DNA of 32,000 nt, taken from the NCBI RefSeq assembly GCF_000039765.1, contig NC_004459.3, forward strand, positions 1 to 32,000. Direction: 5' to 3'. Below are positions 1-7,739 of the stretch, piece by piece; position 1 is the first letter of the stretch, and every line of letters begins with the position of its first letter. The notes under the pieces are model-generated. The model worked only from the letters and a program-made list of their open reading frames with translations, did no database searches and was not told the origin of the DNA. A program made the translations under genes and the position numbers. Source of the stretch: Vibrio vulnificus CMCP6 (GTDB taxonomy: Bacteria; Pseudomonadota; Gammaproteobacteria; Enterobacterales; Vibrionaceae).

Positions 1-990
1 TTACTTTAAATAATAAAAATCGTATAACGTTCGGGTAATTTCTGCAATAGCTAGATCACGATCAGCTTCCGATGTTGTGCTGCTCTTAGAATATACGACT
101 ATCGCAAAACGTCGACCATCGGGTAGCGTTACAAATCCCACGTCATTGGCGACACCGCCAATTGTCCCTGTCTTGTGGGCAACGAGGGTTCCTTTTGGTA
201 GTAGACCTTTTAGCCTTCCAGCACCAGTGCGTGTGCGTGACATGACATCAAGTAAAAATTCGCTGCTTTTCTCACTTAACACTTTACCGCTGTCAATTGC
301 CAGAAGTAATTCCAACATGGCATTAGGCGAGCTTTGATCTCGTAGATCTTCTTGTTCGAACTTAAGGTTTCTAAGTGGTTGTTTTGACGCGAGTGATGGG
401 TCTTGGGCAAGAGCCTTTGCAAGTACAGATGAATAGGCCTTGTCGGGTAAACCATAGAAGTCCCTTAAAATTTCACTGGTATACCGATCAACTCGTAAAT
501 CAGTAATACCAATATTTCGCATCACTTTAGTTACTGCTTCAGGCCCTCCTGCAAGTTTTAGACAAATGTCTGTCGCTGTGTTGTCACTTAACGTTATCAT
601 TGGTTCGATTAAATTGGCGATAGATAACTTTATACCTGGGTGCACGAAGTTCACCGCGATAGCACCGTCACCTGTCACCATGGTTTCTTGTGGGACATCA
701 ATTAAATCGGAAAGCTTAAGCTCGCCTTTATCAATCCGCTCCAGTAAGGCGACAGCAATAGCAACCTTGTAGGTACTGGCCATCACAAACATTTCATCGC
801 CGTTTACTGTTATTCTCTCCCCAGAGCCAATTTCTTGAGCAGCCACACCGATGCGGCCAACTAGCCTCTGTGAAATTGTCTCAAGTTTCTGCGAAACATC
901 TTTAAAATTATGCTCATTAGCAACTGCTGGTTGAATTGGAACAAATGACGAAATAAGTAAAGTAAAACAAAGTGCTATACTACGATTCAT
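1..990 (-). CDS. Class A beta-lactamase-like serine hydrolase (PenP-like), secreted
   Basis: Signal peptide MNRSIALCFTLLISSFVPIQPAVA; motifs STYK (SxxK), SDN (SDNTA), KTG (HKTGTIGG). The ORF opens at 1002, but the ATG at 990 is preceded by a GGAGAGG ribosome-binding site and starts the signal peptide. The omega loop is atypical. Confidence 0.85.
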   Translation of the reverse strand: MNRSIALCFTLLISSFVPIQPAVANEHNFKDVSQKLETISQRLVGRIGVAAQEIGSGERITVNGDEMFVMASTYKVAIAVALLERIDKGELKLSDLIDVPQETMVTGDGAIAVNFVHPGIKLSIANLIEPMITLSDNTATDICLKLAGGPEAVTKVMRNIGITDLRVDRYTSEILRDFYGLPDKAYSSVLAKALAQDPSLASKQPLRNLKFEQEDLRDQSSPNAMLELLLAIDSGKVLSEKSSEFLLDVMSRTRTGAGRLKGLLPKGTLVAHKTGTIGGVANDVGFVTLPDGRRFAIVVYSKSSTTSEADRDLAIAEITRTLYDFYYLK

Positions 991-1130
991 AAACCTCTCC
1001 ATGGTTAGTTTTTTTATTTATCATCTTAGTTACTACGATTTCGTGGTTCCACTTCGATTTGGCCCCAACAGCACTTTATCACACTATTTTTCATTAGTTA
1101 CACTTGGTTACATTTATCGAGCCAATAAAC

Positions 1131-2117
1131 TTATTGTTGGATCACAAGAGCGTCCAATTTTTTGCGCATTCCATCCCTATCTAATCCCCCTTTTGGGCCG
1201 ATAAAAACAAGACGCGTGGCTCTTGTTTCGCCTTCTTGCCATGGTTCGCCAATGGTCACTTGTGCACGTTGTCCTGTGCATTGGAAAATACAACGGTGAT
1301 CGGGTCGATCATCTAGGTTTAAGATGCCTTTCATGCGATAAGCATCGATAGAAAACTGCTGTAATAGAGGGTACAAGGCTTGCAGTGAAAGGGGACGATC
1401 TGTTTCAAAACTGAATGTTTCAAACTGATGGTTAACGTGATCACAATGGTCATCATGGCAGTGATGGTGCTCGCCACCATGTTCTCTGTTATGGGATGAA
1501 ACCTGAAGCCTCTCTGGTACTTCAAATAAAATAGGCAAATCGACTTTACCAAACTCTATTTCAACCAGCTTTGCAAATGGCGCTTGTACCTGACACCATT
1601 GTTTAACTTTTGCTAGCTCATCTGGCTCTACCAGATCGACTTTATTGATCAAAACAATATCAGCTACTTGAATTTGCTGTTCAGCTAATTCTGCCATCTG
1701 TTTTTCAAGAGTGAGTACATTTTTAGCATCAATGGTGGTGATAATCGCATTGAGAGGCGCATGCTGTTGCAGCTCAGGATCTTCAAAATTCAGCGCCACT
1801 TCTTTTGGTTCTGAAATACCAGACGTTTCTACCACAATGTGGTCTGGACGTTGTTCGAGTGCTAATAAACGCATCACAGAAACCACTAAACCTTCAGCGA
1901 GATTACAACAAACACAACCATTTTCTAGGCTGATCATATTGTCGCTTTCAGATTTTACCAGTTCAGCATCAACATTTATCGAACCAAAGTCATTGACGAT
2001 AACGGCCATGCGCATTCCATTGGCATTGGTCAGAATGTGATTGAGCAAGGTGGTTTTACCTGCCCCTAAAAATCCGGCTAAGATAGTGACTGGAATTGGC
2101 TTTTTACTCATCGACAT
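1131..2117 (-). CDS. CobW/P47K (COG0523) family GTP-binding metallochaperone-like protein
   Basis: Walker A GFLGAGKTTLLN, metal-binding motif GCVCC (ENGCVCCNL), NKVD, His-rich linker HGGEHHHCHDDHCDHVNH, C-terminal CobW domain. Confidence 0.88.
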   Translation of the reverse strand: MSMSKKPIPVTILAGFLGAGKTTLLNHILTNANGMRMAVIVNDFGSINVDAELVKSESDNMISLENGCVCCNLAEGLVVSVMRLLALEQRPDHIVVETSGISEPKEVALNFEDPELQQHAPLNAIITTIDAKNVLTLEKQMAELAEQQIQVADIVLINKVDLVEPDELAKVKQWCQVQAPFAKLVEIEFGKVDLPILFEVPERLQVSSHNREHGGEHHHCHDDHCDHVNHQFETFSFETDRPLSLQALYPLLQQFSIDAYRMKGILNLDDRPDHRCIFQCTGQRAQVTIGEPWQEGETRATRLVFIGPKGGLDRDGMRKKLDALVIQQ

Positions 2118-2179
2118 TTCTCTATATCATTTCATGAAAAAGCTCGACTTGCGCCGAGCTTAATTATATTTAGAGTTAA

Positions 2180-3844
2180 TTATGCAATAACAGGGTTGCG
2201 AATGGGCTCACCCGGATTGGCATCTAACTGTAATTGACCATTTTCAATGACGGGTGTACCGTTAACAATGACATGATGCATACCTTCAGAAAGTGCATTA
2301 GGGGCCTCGAAAGTCGCAAGCACTTTGATATCTTCAAGTTTAAATAATACTAAATCGGCATCTTTACCTACTTGAACACGGCCTTTGTTTTTCATTTGTG
2401 GGACGCTGTTTTCGATAATGCGACAAGCGTTTAAGCTACAACGCTCCATTGCCTCGACAAGCGTAACCGCTTTGTATTCGTTAACATATTTACTAATGAA
2501 ACGGGTAAAGCAAGCCAGTGATCTTGGGTGAGCGATGGCATCACTAGGGAGTGGCCAAATATCACCTTCGATGACTTTCCCTTTTGAGTCCATCCAAGGC
2601 ATAGCATCTGAAGCAATAGCAGCACCAGGAAACAGAACTGAACGATCCATTTTTTGACGATCAGATGGATTATCATCAGGTTTTAAGAAATGCATTACTA
2701 CCACTTTGCCTGGGTCATTTGCTTGCAGCTCAGTGATCTTTTCTTGTGTTAATGGTTTCCCATTAGCTTCCATGTAACTTGCACTTGGTACGCCCCAGCG
2801 CTCTAACCAATCATCACCACGGAAAACTTCTGCGCCAATCAGTGACGAACCGGCACCGTAAGGGTAAGCTTCGGCAGTTACATTCAAACCTCTATCAATC
2901 GCTGATTGTACTAAGTCCGCACAATCATCAATATCTTGCACAGAGGTACTATTAAGGTGACAAATGTGCATGTGTGCACCAGTCGTTGCAGATAAACTGA
3001 TGAGTTCTTGATAGGCTTCAAAGCTGGATTTTGGTTCTGCACTGTTTAAGTAACGAACATGCGTATAAGTTGGCATATTATAGCGTTTGGCGAGCTTCGC
3101 TAGCTCGTAGTACTCTTTATGGCCATAACCCGGTGCATAGCCTGCGTTAATCCCAATGCCTAAACCACCTTCTTTCAGACCTTGTTCGATATCATTGAGG
3201 ATCTGTTTTAGCTCATCTGGTGTTGCTAGAGTATTTTGCCAATTGTTGTATGAAAATGCTTTTTGGAACCAAACAATCGTACCATCAGCTGCTGGCATTG
3301 TTGGTTCTTTTGCCATAACTCGTGCGTAGGTCCAAGCAACCGATGCGCCGTAGTTAAGAGGTCGACCTTCTTTTGCCGTATCATCATAGAATTTAGAGAT
3401 GGGTAATAAACCCGATTCCATTTCCAGTTGGGTGGTAACACCATCAAATGCTTGAGCGCGCGCCGCAGGAAGCTGTTGACCATGTGCATGTAAATCAACG
3501 AAGCCTGGAGCAACGACTAAACCTTCAGCATTAATTACTTTGGCCCCTTTTAAGGTATTTTTTGAAATAGCAGCAATACGCTTACCTTTGATCCCTACAT
3601 TACGAATCGCATCTAAGCCCGTTTCAGGATCAACCACACGACCATTTTCGATAACAATATCAAAAGGGCCTTTTTCATTAGGCATTAGGGAAATATTCTG
3701 TACAGCCAGTTTGTCGGAAGCTGCATGCAGAACCGAAGCAAATGGAAGTGTTGCTGCGCCAAAGGCTAATTTAGTTAACGTTGAACGTTTTGTATGGTCT
3801 ATCTCATGAGATCCAGTCTGTTCAGTTAAGATGTCATCTTTCAT
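2180..3844 (-). CDS. Amidohydrolase family protein, D-aminoacylase / N-acyl-D-amino-acid deacylase-like, exported
   Basis: N-terminal export signal (KRSTLTKLAFGAATLPFASVLHA), VVAPGFVDLHAHGQ metal-binding motif, C-terminal RVQVGKDADLVLF and IENG segments typical of the family. Confidence 0.82.
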   Translation of the reverse strand: MKDDILTEQTGSHEIDHTKRSTLTKLAFGAATLPFASVLHAASDKLAVQNISLMPNEKGPFDIVIENGRVVDPETGLDAIRNVGIKGKRIAAISKNTLKGAKVINAEGLVVAPGFVDLHAHGQQLPAARAQAFDGVTTQLEMESGLLPISKFYDDTAKEGRPLNYGASVAWTYARVMAKEPTMPAADGTIVWFQKAFSYNNWQNTLATPDELKQILNDIEQGLKEGGLGIGINAGYAPGYGHKEYYELAKLAKRYNMPTYTHVRYLNSAEPKSSFEAYQELISLSATTGAHMHICHLNSTSVQDIDDCADLVQSAIDRGLNVTAEAYPYGAGSSLIGAEVFRGDDWLERWGVPSASYMEANGKPLTQEKITELQANDPGKVVVMHFLKPDDNPSDRQKMDRSVLFPGAAIASDAMPWMDSKGKVIEGDIWPLPSDAIAHPRSLACFTRFISKYVNEYKAVTLVEAMERCSLNACRIIENSVPQMKNKGRVQVGKDADLVLFKLEDIKVLATFEAPNALSEGMHHVIVNGTPVIENGQLQLDANPGEPIRNPVIA

Positions 3845-4489
3845 TTTTTCCCTTATCTCATTACCTAAAGTTGATTGATATTATAGTGTATTTCGTGGTG
3901 TATATGAGTTCTGTTAACTTAATCAAGAAATTATTTACCAACGCTAAGCTTTTCAGGAACCATCTTCCCCCAACGCAGTACCATCTCTGGTGGGATGAGC
4001 CAAACGGGGCGTTTAAATCGTGTTTCATCGTGGCAATACCTTGTGTCATATGCGCCATCACCAGATAATGGATCTTGGTGCAAATTGAGTATGTTGAAAA
4101 ACATTTTCAAGCTGTGGCTGTCTAGTGTCGGAGTACAAAAGTCACATGTTGTCTTTTTGAGATCCTGTTTGGGTCATTGTGTGCTGTTATAGCTGGTACG
4201 AAAGGGCTGTTTGACATCCGAAGCTACATCCTTGGCTACCACCATAGGCTTCAAGGGAATGCTCTGTTTTAAAAAGGAGGGGGCCCCGTTGATGATGCAT
4301 CGCTCGTATTATATCGGCGATCGAACCAGCTCAATTTCACGTACGTTTCGTTGATTGGATATCATCAATGCTATGTTGTTAATAGTGATATGTTGGAAGC
4401 TGTGTTGAGCGCTTGTTTTAACGCGTTGGCGAAAAACCAAACACTCGTGAGATTGACCTGATTATGGCTAAGTTAACAGCAGTACTCCG

Positions 4490-5596
4490 TCAAATATTAA
4501 ACGTTGCGTTTTTATCTAAAGGGTACAAAGGCGCTGTTAACTGAGTATGTTCGAAAAGAGTCACATCGCGACTGGTGGCCTCTGGAACATCAACGATCAG
4601 TAACTTGTCGGTGAAGTTCTTATAGAAAGCTTGATAGTGCATGCCGCTTTTCACACCAATAACGTCATATTCTTGAATCGCGATACCATGTGGGCGTCCC
4701 TGGGTATCATCATACGTCTGACATAGGCCTGATATAACAATGACATCCACCGTATTCTCCGCTTCAATGACCAACCTAACGGTAGGGCCAAGCTTAAATG
4801 GAGCGTTGTAAGCACTCCCCCCGCGAACGATCTCATCGCCATCCGAAATGGACTTGACATAAGCTTTGGTTTTAATTGGTTCACCTGCCAATTTCTCAAA
4901 TTTACCACCGAGGCTCACATTGATTGTCGCTCCAACACCGGCAGCTACTGCGGCCTTTGCGGTCTCCGGATCGTGTATCGACATGAATACGACTTTACCC
5001 AAGCCTTTTGTTTCTAGCAAAGCTTTCAGTAGATGAGTACCTGATCCTCCTGCGCCACCTCCGGGATTACCCGCAGCATCACCAACCACAATCGGAGAAT
5101 GCTCAATGATACCGCCTTTCGTTGGTGGTTGACGTACATAGTGGCCGTCCTTTTCGAGCATGGCCAGGACAGTACCCATGGTTTTGCCTATATCATTGAG
5201 TTCAATAAGTGATTCTTTTCTATGTTTCCAGATCCACCTTGCTAGGTCGTCGACTAAGTCTTGTGCCAGTTGGGGGTTATTTTCTGTGGTCACCATAGGG
5301 AATACACCACAAAAATCGCTGTCCTGATATGGGAAGCCATGCATGACGGAGCAGCTGATAACACCTGGCTGCTTTTCTATTTGAATGCATTTTTCTTTGA
5401 GTCGATTGGCAAAGCTGCCCTTTTCTTCGGTATTGCTCATCGGCATCAGCATTGGCATTTTGTGATAGGCAACGGTAGGGTGCGATTCTCCTGCTAAGAT
5501 TGCGGCACCACGATACATCGCATCACGGCCAGCGGTATTCATATCCATATGAGGATATTCTTTACAGGCGCTGAATAAGTTCATGTTGTCCTTCAT
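4490..5596 (-). pseudogene. 5'-truncated M81 family (MlrC/microcystinase C-like) metallopeptidase
   Basis: The protein begins at a mid-protein motif (CKEYPHMDMNTAGRDAMYRGA, compare YPHxD in MlrC) and contains the MlrC C-terminal region (SPIVVGDAAGNPGGGAGGSGTHLLKALLE...). About 368 aa against roughly 500 aa for full-length family members. Its upstream side abuts a transposase remnant. Confidence 0.72.
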
Positions 5597-5620
5597 TTTT
5601 CGGTGATCTTACCATGGAGG

Positions 5621-5965
5621 TCACCGGACCAAACGATCCCAACGTGAACGCTGATATCCCAGACTTTGAGGATTCAGTGCGATTAAAGCTGTCAATACAG
5701 CGGCAATTTGAAGAAATGGGAGCGTCGCGGCTCTACCTCGAGTTGAGCTTTCCAAGCCATCGATGCCGCATTTCGTGTACCAGTGAATCCAGCGTCCTAT
5801 AGAAGACCGAGCTGAAACCAGAATCTTCGAGACTGTGGTAACAGAATGTCCTTGGTAAAGAAGCAATATGGCATTCAAGCGTCGGTAATGGTCTTTATCC
5901 TTAGTCTTATGCATCTTTTTAGTGATACGACGTCGCTCAACGCGGTCAGGTAATGTTAGAATCAT
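5621..5965 (-). mobile_element. IS630-family transposase N-terminal remnant
   Basis: MILTLPDRVERRRITKKMHKTKDKDHYRRLNAILLLYQGHSVTTVSKIL...SSIGRWIHWYTKCGIDGLES...SLGYQRSRW resembles the N-terminal HTH region of IS630 transposases. Similarity is lost just after SRW and no catalytic DDE domain follows. Confidence 0.78.
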
Positions 5966-6037
5966 GGGAACTCGGTAACGGTTGCGGGTTTATATGTTTG
6001 GCTACTGATCAGATCGCTCAAACGGTACCGAGTTCCC
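5966..6037. repeat. Imperfect inverted repeat at the probable IS630 terminus
   Basis: GGGAACTCGGTAAC (5966-5979) and GGTACCGAGTTCCC (6024-6037) are inverted complements at 13 of 14 positions, directly upstream of the transposase start. Confidence 0.6.
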
Positions 6038-6114
6038 TTCTTTTTTACACACCAATGATCTACATTTAGGAACAGCTATTTAGCGCCTTTCGATTTCGAA
6101 TTTTCAACGATCTC

Positions 6115-7197
6115 TCAGACTTGCTTGCTTTCTGACTCTACCCATTGCATAAAAACTTGATATCCTGTAGCGAAAAATGCCGCACCAACGAACATACCCA
6201 GTATTCCTCCAGACATGACCCCACCTACAGCGCCAATGAGTATTATAGGCATTGGAACATCCAACCCTCTTCCAAGAATAATCGGTTTTAGGAAATTATC
6301 TATAAAGCTTGCAGCAATAATTAACACTGTGAAGATAGCATTGTGTGCTGTTCCACTATCTCCTGACCACAAGACTGCAACAGCGACCAGAGCCACGACG
6401 GTCACAGGGAGCTGAACGATAGCAAAAACTAAGGCGATTAATGTAAACAGAGAAGCCGCTGGAACGCCTGCTAACCCTACGATAGCACCAAATATCATTG
6501 CTGTTAAAAATGCGATTCCGATAATGCCAACAGCGACCTGCCTTAGGGTTGCGGTTGTTAATTTATGCAGCGAAGGTCCTTTGATCGGATCTGTAAAACT
6601 TATAAAAATCTTACGTATTGATGCTGATGCGGGTTCAGCCCAAGCTAACATTATCCCAGCAATGATCACAGCACCTATCAAGACAAATACGCTCTTAGCT
6701 GCGCCCGCCGCACTATCGAACACCCAACCGAAAATGCTTTTTATTTGAGGCTGATGCTTGTCTATGAAAACAGGCAGATTGACAGCGGCTTCATCCCAGG
6801 CAGCATATATTTTTTCCCCGACTAATGGCCATTCTTTTACGCTGTCTGTTGGCTTCGATACGGCTAGTGTGCCATTTCGATAAGAATCGAGTGCTTCTAA
6901 CGTTTTAGACGCAAATGAGTTACCAACCATAGCGGTAGGCGTTCCAAGTACAAGCACGCCAATCACCGCGACTAAAGTAGCTGAACGGCTAGATCTTAAG
7001 CCCAGTTTACGTTCAACAGCCAACTTAAGAGGGTAAAGTGCAATAGCCAATACCAGCGCCCAAAGTAAAATAGGTAAAAATGGCAAAAACGCCCACCAAC
7101 AGACAATAACAATAAGCGTAATTGCTGCGAATCGTATCAATGAAGTACTAAATGCTTTCACTAATACCTTTTCTAAGTTCTCATTTGAATTATTCAA
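6115..7197 (-). CDS. AI-2E family transporter (PerM/YdiK-like membrane protein)
   Basis: Multiple TM segments; FIDNFLKPIILGRGLDVPMPIILIGAVGGVMSGGILGMFVGAA is characteristic of the family. TTG start preceded by GGAGG. Confidence 0.87.
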   Translation of the reverse strand: MNNSNENLEKVLVKAFSTSLIRFAAITLIVIVCWWAFLPFLPILLWALVLAIALYPLKLAVERKLGLRSSRSATLVAVIGVLVLGTPTAMVGNSFASKTLEALDSYRNGTLAVSKPTDSVKEWPLVGEKIYAAWDEAAVNLPVFIDKHQPQIKSIFGWVFDSAAGAAKSVFVLIGAVIIAGIMLAWAEPASASIRKIFISFTDPIKGPSLHKLTTATLRQVAVGIIGIAFLTAMIFGAIVGLAGVPAASLFTLIALVFAIVQLPVTVVALVAVAVLWSGDSGTAHNAIFTVLIIAASFIDNFLKPIILGRGLDVPMPIILIGAVGGVMSGGILGMFVGAAFFATGYQVFMQWVESESKQV

Positions 7198-7739
7198 GTC
7201 TTTCCTCCTTTTCTATTCCTAGAACTAATTAAACGGTTTGTCTGCGTATGGACTTCGGATAACACGTGACCTGAACCAGTAGTTAGACTGGACGCTTCAT
7301 TAAACGAAATTGTGATTTTCAGCGTTAACTTGGCGTGGATGCCCAACAACTGTGCCTTCTTGTCCAATTGTAATCAACCTATATCACCTCAGCTTTTATC
7401 CGATTTCCAATTTTTTATTGGTTCAACATATTCTCACTGGCTTCACGATTGTCATACTCCTGACTGAAACGCAATGGCGTTGATACTCTGTCACATACCT
7501 GCACATAAGGATTATTTCACATGAAAATACTAGTATCGCGTCCCACACTAACACGACGTTTTTTTCGTCGGGTTAAGTACCACAAGATGGGGTTACCAAG
7601 CTACATTGTTGGGGGCAGAGGAAGCCACGATTGACGATGAATTGTGGTGCATAGATGGTCACTCAATAAGAAAAATGGATCAAGTTCAAAGAATTACACT
7701 TGATTATCGATGAGGGCAGGTGAACGATTACTGATATTG

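Noticed and set aside
1001-1204. 67-aa plus-strand ORF in the bla-like/CobW gap
   Set aside because: Overlaps the CobW 3' end, no recognisable domain and unconvincing composition.
3540-3809. Plus-strand 89-aa ORF inside the amidohydrolase gene
   Set aside because: Antisense shadow ORF of a well-supported CDS.
5614-5802. Plus-strand 62-aa ORF over the IS630 remnant
   Set aside because: Complement of the transposase fragment; no independent support.
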